A stretch of DNA of 64,000 bases from an uncultured Bacteroides sp. (GCA_947072895.1 CAMTKT010000004.1:13090-77089), one strand, 5' to 3'. Numbered from the stretch's first letter, positions 20,358-29,439 are shown. Made by a program: numbers and translations. The notes: generated by a model not told the origin, from the letters alone.

Positions 20358-20378
20358 GGAGGGAAATGCCCTCCTTTT
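20358..20378 (+). terminator. GC-rich hairpin plus T-run (terminator or attenuator-like)
   Basis: GGAGGG-AAATG-CCCTCC followed by TTTT. It lies between the -7 box and the primase-helicase start codon. Confidence 0.5.
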
Positions 20379-20400
20379 GATAATTTAAATTCATACATGA

Positions 20401-22779
20401 ATGGTTTATACCGATTTATGCTCTTTCTATTTCTCGGTGTTCGATGAACATGCCGTGGATATGACATTGGAAGAGTTTGTGAAACTTCTGCGTGGCGAAC
20501 GTTGGAAAGCGCAAGTAGAAGAGTATCAGTGCCTGATGGCTTCGGGCAGGGAGATAGAGGCCAAGAAGTTAAAGAGAAAACTGGCCGCGCTGGTGATAGC
20601 CGGGCGTTGCGAAGGGAGCCATGCCGAAACCAACCTGAAGCAGTGGAGCGGGAACGCCATGCTGGATGTGGATAAATGTAACGGCCGTGTGTTTGAGTTC
20701 TTGCAGATATTGAAGGACACTCCTTGGGTGAAGGCGGCATGGCGCAGCGTTTCGTACGACGGGCTGAAGCTGGTGGTGCGTGTGGAGGCGGAAAGTGTGG
20801 ACGAGTATCGCCTGGCATACGCTTTGGTGGCATGGCACGTGGCGCAGCTTCTTGCCTTTCCCTGTGACATGAGTTGCAAGAATCCCACCCGGCCTTGCTT
20901 TGCGTCGTATGACCCGGAGGCTTTTTTCCGTCCGGATACCGAAGTTTTTCCCTGGCGCCGCTTTATGACGGAGCATCCCGACAGGGTGGGGGAGATTCTG
21001 GCCGCGCTGAAAGTGAAGGCCCCGGCAGGTGCGTCCAAGCCTCCCGCAGCGGCTTCGGGCATGCTGCACACATTCTTCAACGAGTTTCTGGCGCACAATC
21101 CCTTTGTGGATGGCAAAAAGAATGAGTTTTTGTTGAAGCTGGGACGTGTAGCCCGCTATAAAGGAGTGGGGGAGGACGAGTTGGCCCGGCTGAAAACGCT
21201 GGCAGTGGAAAGGCTGGCGGGTATGGGGTGTGCCGCCGGAGATATACCTCCGCGCATAGACTCCGGATACCGGTATGCCGGCATGAACAGGGTTCCCGAA
21301 ACACCTGCTTCCGGGGCTCACAAGGCTCAAGGCTCATTTAGGCGGTATCCTGATTCCGGCGGTGAGGGTGAAGAGGCTGAAATAGAGAGGCTTGAGGCTG
21401 ACAAGTTGCGCCGCAATGTTCCATGCCTTCCGGATGAGTTGTTCGACCGCTTGCCCGACTTTTTGAAGCGTGGTTTGACGCACGTCCGCAACAAGCGCGA
21501 GAGGGATATTCTGTTGCTCTCCATGATTACCAACATCAGCGGTTGTCTGCCGGGGGTGAGGATGAATTATGGAGGAATGGTTTATTCCGCCGATCTCTAC
21601 CTGGTGGCTTTGGCCGGTTCGGGCAGAGGAAAGGGGGTGATGCAACTGGCGGCAATCCTGCCCGTAGCCATTCAGGCGTATTACGATGAACTGAACAGGA
21701 AGGATGAGCGTGAGTACCGGCAGAAGCTGTTGAAGTGGAATCTGGAGGAACGGCTTGCCGCTCAGGAAAAGAGGGTTCCCGATTTGGACCAATGTCCGGA
21801 AAAGCCGGTGGAACGCATCCTGAAGGTGGCTCCCAATATTTCGAAAAGCCAGTTGATACTGGCTCTGGAGGCGGGTGGAGCGGTCGGCTTGGTGATGAAT
21901 GCCTCCGAGCTGGACATGATAAGCTCTGCCATGCGTCAGGAGTATGGGAAACATGATGATGTGATGCGTGCCGCCTCCCAGCACGAGGAGGTGTCTTCTT
22001 ATTTCAAGACGGATCACCGGCTGGTTGTGGTGAATGATCCTCATCTGGCATTATGCGCTTCGGGTACTCCCGCCCAGTTGCATAAATTTATTTCTTCGCT
22101 GGAGAATGGAATGTACAGCCGTGTGGCTTTCTATGTGGGGCAGGCCCCTTGGGAATATAAGTCTGCCAATCCCGGCAAGGACCGGCTGGATATGCGCGCT
22201 TATTTTAAAGGGATGAGCGAGGAGCTGCTGCGTATGTTCATCTTTCTCTCCGGATCGCCTACCGAGGTGGTCTTCACCGAGGAACAATGGAAAGAGCATA
22301 CGGAGCGTTTCAGGACGCATCTGCGTGAGGTAGTGGCGGAAGATGATGATTCTCCGGGTGCCATTGTGCTGCGCCACGGACTGATGATGTCTCGTATTGC
22401 CATGGTGCTGACTGCATTGCGCAAGTGCGAGCCGCAATGGAATACATCGGAGTGGGAGTGTTCGGATGAGGATTTCCATACGGCCATGCAGATAGTGGAT
22501 GTGTTGCTGGAACACAGTTTGCTGCTTTCCACTTCCATGGATGATACTGCCGGAAGAATCAGGCCGGTAAAGTCTTTTTTCAAATTGCGTCCTGTCTTGA
22601 AGAAAATGCCGCGTGAATTTACCTATTCGGAACTGATGGCGGCTGCCAATGAAGCCGGGTTGCCTACAGCATCCGTGAAACGCTATTTGTTGCGTTTGGT
22701 GTATTATCAAATAGTTGAGAAAGAGGATGGTAAATATAGAAAGACCGGTAAGTCTTGGCCTAAATTGCCGCCTAAGTGA
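20401..22779 (+). CDS. primase-helicase-like protein (VirE/BT4734-type N-terminal domain plus DUF3987-like P-loop domain)
   Basis: 792 aa. The N-terminal third resembles Bacteroides VirE-N/BT4734 proteins, and the central Walker A is LAGSGRGKGV. GC content is visibly higher than the flanks. The start may be the Met at 20461 (MTLEEFVKLL). Confidence 0.7.
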   Translation: MVYTDLCSFYFSVFDEHAVDMTLEEFVKLLRGERWKAQVEEYQCLMASGREIEAKKLKRKLAALVIAGRCEGSHAETNLKQWSGNAMLDVDKCNGRVFEFLQILKDTPWVKAAWRSVSYDGLKLVVRVEAESVDEYRLAYALVAWHVAQLLAFPCDMSCKNPTRPCFASYDPEAFFRPDTEVFPWRRFMTEHPDRVGEILAALKVKAPAGASKPPAAASGMLHTFFNEFLAHNPFVDGKKNEFLLKLGRVARYKGVGEDELARLKTLAVERLAGMGCAAGDIPPRIDSGYRYAGMNRVPETPASGAHKAQGSFRRYPDSGGEGEEAEIERLEADKLRRNVPCLPDELFDRLPDFLKRGLTHVRNKRERDILLLSMITNISGCLPGVRMNYGGMVYSADLYLVALAGSGRGKGVMQLAAILPVAIQAYYDELNRKDEREYRQKLLKWNLEERLAAQEKRVPDLDQCPEKPVERILKVAPNISKSQLILALEAGGAVGLVMNASELDMISSAMRQEYGKHDDVMRAASQHEEVSSYFKTDHRLVVVNDPHLALCASGTPAQLHKFISSLENGMYSRVAFYVGQAPWEYKSANPGKDRLDMRAYFKGMSEELLRMFIFLSGSPTEVVFTEEQWKEHTERFRTHLREVVAEDDDSPGAIVLRHGLMMSRIAMVLTALRKCEPQWNTSEWECSDEDFHTAMQIVDVLLEHSLLLSTSMDDTAGRIRPVKSFFKLRPVLKKMPREFTYSELMAAANEAGLPTASVKRYLLRLVYYQIVEKEDGKYRKTGKSWPKLPPK
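21315..21345. repeat. left arm of the 31-bp inverted repeat (GGCTCACAAGGCTCAAGGCTCATTTAGGCGG)
   Basis: Matches the reverse complement of 22768-22798 at 29 of 31 positions. Lies in the inter-domain linker (SGAHKAQGSFRR). Confidence 0.95.
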
Positions 22780-22798
22780 GCCTTGGGCCTTGTGAGCC
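22768..22798. repeat. right arm of the 31-bp inverted repeat (CCGCCTAAGTGAGCCTTGGGCCTTGTGAGCC)
   Basis: Reverse complement of the left arm with 2 mismatches. Spans the last codons and the TGA stop (22777-22779) of the primase-helicase gene. Confidence 0.95.
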
Positions 22799-22813
22799 TT
22801 GAATACAGCTGAA

Positions 22814-22850
22814 AAAGTTCCTGTTGTTTTCAAAAAACAACAGGAACTTT
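22814..22850. terminator. bidirectional terminator hairpin between convergent genes
   Basis: Perfect 17-bp stem AAAGTTCCTGTTGTTTT/AAAACAACAGGAACTTT with a 3-nt loop. The stems themselves supply A/T runs on both sides. Confidence 0.7.
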
Positions 22851-22916
22851 CCGGTAAAACAACAGGGCGTTTTAAAAAAAGAACAAGGTCTTTCGAAGTA
22901 AACGATAGGTTCTTTT
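22834..22916 (+). repeat. four degenerate direct repeats, about 22-bp period (AAAACAACAGGnnCTTT-like), iteron-like
   Basis: Units start at 22834, 22856, 22877 and 22900. A fifth, inverted copy at 22814-22830 forms the hairpin. Confidence 0.7.
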
Positions 22917-22929
22917 GGAAGCGTATGCC

Positions 22930-23160
22930 CTAAGGCTCTCCCAGATGCTTCACGATGATTGCCACTTCATGCTTCAGAAAGCTGTGGCGGAATTTGTTGT
23001 AGCCTGCTTCGTTTAATTCTTCCTGTAGCGGCATGTTTCTCCGCATCCAGCGATATAGGGTTTGCAAGGCTGCCGCAGCGGTTCGCCCGGGACTATATAG
23101 TTCCGCCAGTTCCGCTTTGTCATACGCTTTGATGATGAATGTTTTTTCTTCTTGGTTCAT
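22930..23160 (-). CDS. DUF4248-like small protein
   Basis: 76 aa; ...KAELAELYSPGRTAAAALQTLYRWMRRN...HEVAIIVKHLGEP matches my recollection of Bacteroidales DUF4248 proteins that accompany VirE-like genes. Confidence 0.65.
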   Translation of the reverse strand: MNQEEKTFIIKAYDKAELAELYSPGRTAAAALQTLYRWMRRNMPLQEELNEAGYNKFRHSFLKHEVAIIVKHLGEP

Positions 23161-23301
23161 GTTCTTTTATTGTTTTGATTATAGAGTAAAGATACACAAA
23201 ATGTTCTTGTTTTCCTACTCTGCCTGTAAGTTATTCTCGACATTTCCCGACAATCTCCTACGCTTCTCTACAAATGTCTACACGGGGTTTACGCTTCATC
23301 G

Positions 23302-23309
23302 TATCTTTG
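23302..23309 (+). promoter_or_regulatory. Bacteroides -7 box TAtcTTTG for the HU-like/amidase operon
   Basis: Exact TAnnTTTG match about 100 nt upstream of the ATG at 23408. Confidence 0.45.
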
Positions 23310-23407
23310 TGGTGTAATCAAAAGTCAATCATAGCCGGCTTAGCGATTGACGGTTGATTGTCAGTGTGTTTCTTGAACTAAAAGTCTTAATTTTTAATTT
23401 TGAAAGT

Positions 23408-23836
23408 ATGGGAAGAACAGTTTCTTATTCGGTGGTGAAGCGTAATAATCCGCTTGACCAGGATGCGGCGCCTAAGTTTTATGCGCAAGCTCAGGCCAAT
23501 GGCCATGTGGAGATTCGCGAAATGGCGGATCGTATTCAGAAGACCTGTACGGTGACGCGTGCGGATGTAATGGCGGTGCTTGTTGCTTTGGAGGATGTGA
23601 TTATGGAGGCTCTGGAAGGGGGCGAGATTGTAAGGCTTGCCGATCTGGGCACTTTCCAGATAGGTTTGAGTGGAAAAGGTGCGGAAACGGCGGATGCGTA
23701 TGATGTGTCGATGATTAGAAAAGCACGTATCAATTTCCGTCCGAGTATTGCGCTAAGCGGTATTCTGGCAGCACTGAAATATACGAAAGTGGATAAATTG
23801 CCGGTGAAAACGAAGGAGGAGCAAAAGCCTGCTTAA
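23408..23836 (+). CDS. HU-family-like DNA-binding protein (Bacteroidales long form)
   Basis: Starts MGRTVSYSVVKRNNPLDQDAAPKFYAQAQ, with ...VRLADLGTFQIGLSGKG...RINFRPS typical of this family. The ATG at 23408 lies after the -7 box. Confidence 0.75.
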   Translation: MGRTVSYSVVKRNNPLDQDAAPKFYAQAQANGHVEIREMADRIQKTCTVTRADVMAVLVALEDVIMEALEGGEIVRLADLGTFQIGLSGKGAETADAYDVSMIRKARINFRPSIALSGILAALKYTKVDKLPVKTKEEQKPA

Positions 23837-23879
23837 GTAGAGGTCGGACAAATGTTTAATTTTAAAAAAAAACTGTAGT

Positions 23880-23981
23880 ATGAAAGGTAAATCTTTTTGG
23901 AACACTATTTTGAAAGTGGTGATTGCAGTAGCTACGGCTATTGCGGGTGTAGTAGGAGTCAGCTCGTGCATAGGGGGATGA
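23880..23981 (+). CDS. 33-aa hydrophobic peptide ('smalltalk'-like)
   Basis: MKGKSFWNTILKVVIAVATAIAGVVGVSSCIGG. Absent from the track because it is under 60 aa. Its TGA overlaps the amidase ATG (ATGA at 23978-23981). Confidence 0.55.
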   Translation: MKGKSFWNTILKVVIAVATAIAGVVGVSSCIGG

Positions 23982-24427
23982 GGGTGATTAATCTGATTGT
24001 GGTCCACTGTTCCGCCACAAGGGCGGACAGGGACTTTACCGAACAGGATTTGGAGGTGTGTCACCGCAGGCGTGGAATGAACGGGCCCGGATATCATTTT
24101 TATATCCGTAAGAACGGGGATATAAAAACGACCCGCCCCATAGAGAAAATCGGGGCGCATGCGCGTGGGTATAATGCACATAGTATCGGGATATGCTATG
24201 AGGGGGGAATCAGCGAGCGAGGCAGGCCGGCGGATACGCGGACGGTGTGGCAGAAACATTCGTTGCGTGTACTGGTCAGGATGTTACTGGTGGATTATCC
24301 CGGTTGCAGGGTTTGCGGTCATCGGGATTTAAGTCCGGATTTAAACGGAAATGGCGAGATAGAGCCTGAGGAATGGGTGAAACAGTGTCCCTGTTTTGAT
24401 GTTTCGAAAGAAAAGTATAGTAAATAA
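23978..24427 (+). CDS. N-acetylmuramoyl-L-alanine amidase (amidase_2/PGRP type)
   Basis: MRVINLIVVHCSATRADRDFT...GYHFYIRKNGDI...GAHARGYNAHSIGICYEGG is the typical AmpD/T7-lysozyme-like core. Confidence 0.85.
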   Translation: MRVINLIVVHCSATRADRDFTEQDLEVCHRRRGMNGPGYHFYIRKNGDIKTTRPIEKIGAHARGYNAHSIGICYEGGISERGRPADTRTVWQKHSLRVLVRMLLVDYPGCRVCGHRDLSPDLNGNGEIEPEEWVKQCPCFDVSKEKYSK

Positions 24428-24449
24428 TATTTATATATTAAAACGTAAT

Positions 24450-24515
24450 AAGACTAATCCTCTTCTTAATTTGTTAAATTGTTAACATTTTGGAAAGAGG
24501 ATTAGTCTTGTTTTT
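24450..24515 (+). terminator. terminator after the amidase gene
   Basis: 15-bp stem AAGACTAATCCTCTT/AAGAGGATTAGTCTT with a 30-nt loop, followed by GTTTTT. Confidence 0.6.
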
Positions 24516-24553
24516 CTATGTAATTAATTTTGATCACTGCTCCTGTTTTGTCC

Positions 24554-24585
24554 AAAAAAATATCCCGAGACCAAGGCCTCGGGAT
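24554..24585 (-). terminator. intrinsic terminator after the guaA paralogue
   Basis: ATCCCGAG/CTCGGGAT stem followed on the minus strand by a T7 run. Confidence 0.75.
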
Positions 24586-24607
24586 TGCATGATTTGAAAC
24601 AAATTTC

Positions 24608-25915
24608 TTATTCCCACTCGATAGTGGCATTGGGTTTGGGCGACATGTCATAACATACGCGGTTCACATTCTTCACTTCTTTCAGAATACGGTCCGTGAT
24701 TTTCATCAGAATAGGCCAGTCCACCGGTTCGATAGTAGCGGTCATGGCATCTACGGTGTTGACAGCGCGGATAATAACAGGCCAGTCGAACGAACGGGCG
24801 TTGTCACGCACACCTACTGATTTGAAATCGGGTACTACGGTGAAGTATTGCCATACTTTCTTGTCCAAGCCTGCCAATTGGAATTCCTCACGCAAGATGG
24901 CATCCGATTCGCGAACAGCTTCCAGACGGTCACGAGTGATAGCGCCCAAGCAGCGTACTCCCAAACCGGGACCGGGGAACGGCTGGCGATAGACCATATC
25001 GTATGGTAAGCCTAGTTCCACTCCACAGGCACGGACTTCGTCTTTGAATAACTGACGTAAAGGCTCAACTAATTCAAACTGTAAATCCTCGGGTAAGCCC
25101 CCTACATTGTGATGGGATTTTACCATCTTAGCCGTTTTGGTACCGCTTTCTACGATATCGGGATAAATTGTACCTTGTCCCAAAAAGTCGATGCCATTCA
25201 GCTTACGGGCCTCTTCTTCAAACACACGAATGAATTCACCACCGATAATCTTGCGTTTTTGCTCCGGATCGGCTACATTTTCCAGTTTGCTCAGGAAACG
25301 GTCTGTAGCATCCACGTAAACCAAATTGGCATTCAACTGATTCTTGAAAACTTCAATCACAGCTTCCGATTCGCCTTTACGCATCAATCCGTGATTTACA
25401 TGTACGCATACCAGGTTATTGCCGATAGCTTTCAGCAACAGGGCCGCTACCACAGAGCTGTCCACACCTCCGGAAAGTGCCAATAGTACTTTCTTGTCGC
25501 CTACCTGGCGGCGGATCAATTCAATCTGGTCATTGACAAAGTTTGTCATATTCCAGTTGGCTTCTGCCTTGCAGGTATCGAAAACAAACGATTTGACAGC
25601 GTTCTTTATTGCCTCCACATCATCTGCCAGTTGGGGAAGCTTCACTTCGCAGCGTGCTTTGTCATGACCGGCGGCCATTACGGGGAATCCGGCTTCGTAA
25701 ATTTCGGGAAGCACGTCAATATCTGCTCCGTCAATCACATGGTTGGGACCGCCATTGATAATGACGCCCTTTACATTGGGCAATGCTTTCAGCTCGGCGG
25801 CTGTGATATCGTGCGGGTAAATTTCACTATATACACCCAAGGCACGAATAGCTCTGGCAAGCACGGTGTTTTCGGTGCTTCCCAAATCTAGAATAACAAT
25901 CATATCTTGTTTCAT
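24608..25915 (-). CDS. GMP synthase paralogue with degenerate N-terminal amidotransferase domain
   Basis: 435 aa. The ATP-pyrophosphatase P-loop SGGVDSSV and the C-terminal dimerisation domain (HHNVGGLPE...IEWE) are intact. The N-terminal 110 aa lack the G-x-C-x-G nucleophile and the HPE motif. Confidence 0.8.
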   Translation of the reverse strand: MKQDMIVILDLGSTENTVLARAIRALGVYSEIYPHDITAAELKALPNVKGVIINGGPNHVIDGADIDVLPEIYEAGFPVMAAGHDKARCEVKLPQLADDVEAIKNAVKSFVFDTCKAEANWNMTNFVNDQIELIRRQVGDKKVLLALSGGVDSSVVAALLLKAIGNNLVCVHVNHGLMRKGESEAVIEVFKNQLNANLVYVDATDRFLSKLENVADPEQKRKIIGGEFIRVFEEEARKLNGIDFLGQGTIYPDIVESGTKTAKMVKSHHNVGGLPEDLQFELVEPLRQLFKDEVRACGVELGLPYDMVYRQPFPGPGLGVRCLGAITRDRLEAVRESDAILREEFQLAGLDKKVWQYFTVVPDFKSVGVRDNARSFDWPVIIRAVNTVDAMTATIEPVDWPILMKITDRILKEVKNVNRVCYDMSPKPNATIEWE

Positions 25916-25955
25916 TCTGTTATGTTGTTTTAAGTTATTAGTTGGTTATCTATTC

Positions 25956-27509
25956 TTATTCCCACTCAATAGTGGCAGGCGGTTTGGACGAGATGTCATA
26001 GCATACGCGGTTCACGCCTTTCACCTTATTAATGATGTCGTTTGAAACCTTGGCCATGAATTCGTAGGGAAGATGAGCCCAGTCGGCAGTCATGGCATCC
26101 GTGCTGGTTACGGCACGCAGGGCAACGGCGCGTTCGTATGTACGTTCATCACCCATTACTCCCACACTCTGCACCGGCAGCAGGATTACGCCTGCCTGCC
26201 ATACCTGATGATAAAGGGAGGTTTCGTTTCCGTCCGCATCTTTCACTTTCCAGTCTCTCAATCCTTGGATATAGATATCATCGGCATCTTGCAGGATGCG
26301 GACTTTCTCGGGGGTGATATCGCCCAGAATACGTACGGCAAGTCCAGGTCCGGGGAATGGATGGCGTGTAATCAGATGTTCCGGCATACCCAGTTCACGA
26401 CCTACGTGCCGTACTTCATCCTTGAATAACAGGCGCAGCGGTTCACATAGTTTCAGATTCATCTTCTCAGGCAATCCACCCACATTGTGATGGCTCTTGA
26501 TTACAGTGCCGGTGATGCTCAATGACTCGATACAGTCCGGATAAATGGTGCCTTGTGCCAGCCATTTCACATCTTTAATCTTATGGGCTTCCTCATCGAA
26601 TACGTCGATAAAGCCTTTGCCGATAATCTTGCGTTTCTTTTCAGGTTCTTCCACACCGGCCAGCTCGCTGAAGAATTTTTGGCTGGCATCCACTCCGATT
26701 ACATTCAGCCCGAGACATTCATAATCATGAAGTACGTTTTTAAATTCATTCTTACGCAGCATGCCGTGATCTACAAAAATACAGGTAAGGTTCTTGCCTA
26801 TCGCTTTATTCAGCAATACGGCTGCTACAGATGAATCTACTCCGCCGCTTAGTCCCAATACTACTTTGTCATCTCCCAGTTGGTCTTTCAGTTCGGCTAT
26901 AGTCGTTTCAATGAAGGAAGCGGCGCTCCAGTCCTGTTTTCCTCCGCAAATGTCGACTACAAAGTTCTTGAGAAGCTGGGTTCCATCTTCACTGTGGAAT
27001 ACTTCCGGATGGAATTGTACTCCCCATACTTTCTCTTCTTTTATTTGATAGGCAGCGATGGCTACTTTATCTGTCGAAGCGATAATTTTGAAATTCTCAG
27101 GAATGGCGGTGATAGTATCTCCGTGGCTCATCCATACTTGTGAGTGCTCACGGATGTTCTTCAATAGTGGGTTTTTGGGGTCGAAAGTGGAAAGGTGTGC
27201 ACGCCCGTATTCACGTGTACCGGCCGGTTCCACTTTTCCGCCGTTGGTATAGGACATGAACTGTGCACCATAGCAGATACCCAAAATAGGGTACTTTCCG
27301 CGAATGTCACTCAAATCGGTTTTAAAGGCACTTTCATCATAAACGGAAAAAGGGCTTCCCGAAAGGATAACGCCGATTACGGACGGATCATTGTGTGGAA
27401 ATTTGTTGTAAGGCACAATCTCGCAATAAGTATTCAGTTCGCGAACGCGACGCGCTATGAGCTGTGTGGTTTGTGAACCGAAGTCGAGAATAATGATCTT
27501 TTCTTGCAT
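25956..27509 (-). CDS. guaA: glutamine-hydrolysing GMP synthase
   Basis: 517 aa; GATase motifs [10 protein letters not shown] and [16 protein letters not shown]-loop, C-terminal IEWE. Confidence 0.97.
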   Translation of the reverse strand: MQEKIIILDFGSQTTQLIARRVRELNTYCEIVPYNKFPHNDPSVIGVILSGSPFSVYDESAFKTDLSDIRGKYPILGICYGAQFMSYTNGGKVEPAGTREYGRAHLSTFDPKNPLLKNIREHSQVWMSHGDTITAIPENFKIIASTDKVAIAAYQIKEEKVWGVQFHPEVFHSEDGTQLLKNFVVDICGGKQDWSAASFIETTIAELKDQLGDDKVVLGLSGGVDSSVAAVLLNKAIGKNLTCIFVDHGMLRKNEFKNVLHDYECLGLNVIGVDASQKFFSELAGVEEPEKKRKIIGKGFIDVFDEEAHKIKDVKWLAQGTIYPDCIESLSITGTVIKSHHNVGGLPEKMNLKLCEPLRLLFKDEVRHVGRELGMPEHLITRHPFPGPGLAVRILGDITPEKVRILQDADDIYIQGLRDWKVKDADGNETSLYHQVWQAGVILLPVQSVGVMGDERTYERAVALRAVTSTDAMTADWAHLPYEFMAKVSNDIINKVKGVNRVCYDISSKPPATIEWE

Positions 27510-27542
27510 ATATTAATAAAATATGTAAATGATTTCGTGCCG

Positions 27543-27550
27543 CAAAGATA
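27543..27550 (-). promoter_or_regulatory. Bacteroides -7 box TAtcTTTG (minus strand) for guaA
   Basis: CAAAGATA on the plus strand, 34 nt upstream of the guaA ATG. Confidence 0.5.
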
Positions 27551-27692
27551 CTCAGAAAAAATAAAAATCCGTCATGCTGCTACGGCTTTTTATAATTGAA
27601 TTGAAAAAACTTAGTTCTTCCTGCTTTCTTGTAGGGGAATAGGCAAAAAAAGATGGGCTTGTTTGGAAAATGCCGGCTGGTTATGTAAGTCA

Positions 27693-27731
27693 CGGGCTGT
27701 CCGGCAAGCGTTTGAAGGACAGCCCGTTTTT
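27693..27731 (+). terminator. 10-bp GC-rich hairpin with the T-run on the plus strand only
   Basis: CGGGCTGTCC...GGACAGCCCG followed by TTTTTATTT. It sits 15 nt beyond the mscL stop, but the U-run orientation fits plus-strand transcription. Confidence 0.4.
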
Positions 27732-27745
27732 ATTTGGATAAGATC

Positions 27746-28186
27746 TTATTTTTTGTCGTTCTGTTCTTTCAGTAAATCACGGATTTCTGTAAGTAACACC
27801 TCTTCCTTGCTGGGAGCGGGTGGAGCGGCGGGGGCAGGTGCTTCTTCTTTCTTGCGGTTCAGTTTGGCAAGTAACCTTATAAATAAGAATATAGAAAAAG
27901 CAATGATGATAAAGTCGAAGGTGGCTTGTAGGAAGTTGCCGTAATTCAATGTTACGGCAGCTTTTTCAACTCCGTTCACCACTTCTGCCGGTTTTAATTG
28001 TAGTTTCAAATCTGTAAAATTCACGCCACCTACCAGTAATCCGATGGGAGGCATAATAACATCGGCTACAATAGAAGATACTATTTTACCAAAGGCTCCA
28101 CCGATGATGACACCGACTGCCATGTCAATGACGTTTCCGCGCATAGCGAACGTCTTAAAATCTTGCAAAAAGCTACTTTTTCCCAT
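27746..28186 (-). CDS. mscL: large-conductance mechanosensitive channel
   Basis: 146 aa; ...[37 protein letters not shown] is the canonical MscL N-terminus. Confidence 0.95.
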   Translation of the reverse strand: MGKSSFLQDFKTFAMRGNVIDMAVGVIIGGAFGKIVSSIVADVIMPPIGLLVGGVNFTDLKLQLKPAEVVNGVEKAAVTLNYGNFLQATFDFIIIAFSIFLFIRLLAKLNRKKEEAPAPAAPPAPSKEEVLLTEIRDLLKEQNDKK

Positions 28187-28245
28187 TTTTTTTTATTTTA
28201 ATATGAATTTATGTGCGAATATAAAAACAAATTCTTATTTTTGCA

Positions 28246-28253
28246 TCGCGTTT
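28246..28253 (+). promoter_or_regulatory. Bacteroides -7 box TAttTTTG for gap
   Basis: Exact TAnnTTTG match 86 nt upstream of the ATG. Confidence 0.45.
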
Positions 28254-28326
28254 AGGAAATAAATACTAAACATGTTAACAACATTCCAACATAGAGTGTT
28301 TAAAAGCTATATTATAAAACCTTTAA

Positions 28327-29349
<1,023 letters not shown>

Positions 29350-29370
29350 TCAGTTAAAAACCATATAGCG

Positions 29371-29406
29371 AAAGCCGTCTGAAGTAATTCGGGCGGCTTT
29401 TTTTTA
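29371..29406 (+). terminator. intrinsic terminator after gap
   Basis: AAAGCCGTC/GGCGGCTTT stem followed by a T-run. Confidence 0.75.
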
Positions 29407-29439
29407 TGTAGTTTTGCGTGGTAAGTTGCACATTTTCGT

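Noticed and set aside
20351-22833. Long minus-strand and off-frame ORFs in the track (160, 196, 253, 86, 69, 236, 260, 127 aa) overlapping the primase-helicase gene
   Set aside because: They overlap each other and the well-supported plus-strand gene. They have Arg/His/Pro/Gln-rich junk composition and are the expected by-product of elevated GC. Only the 260-aa one is mentioned, because it shares the inverted-repeat arm.
27510-27560. Purine riboswitch upstream of guaA
   Set aside because: The -7 box lies 34 nt from the ATG, so the leader is too short for an aptamer, and no conserved purine-riboswitch junction sequence was seen.
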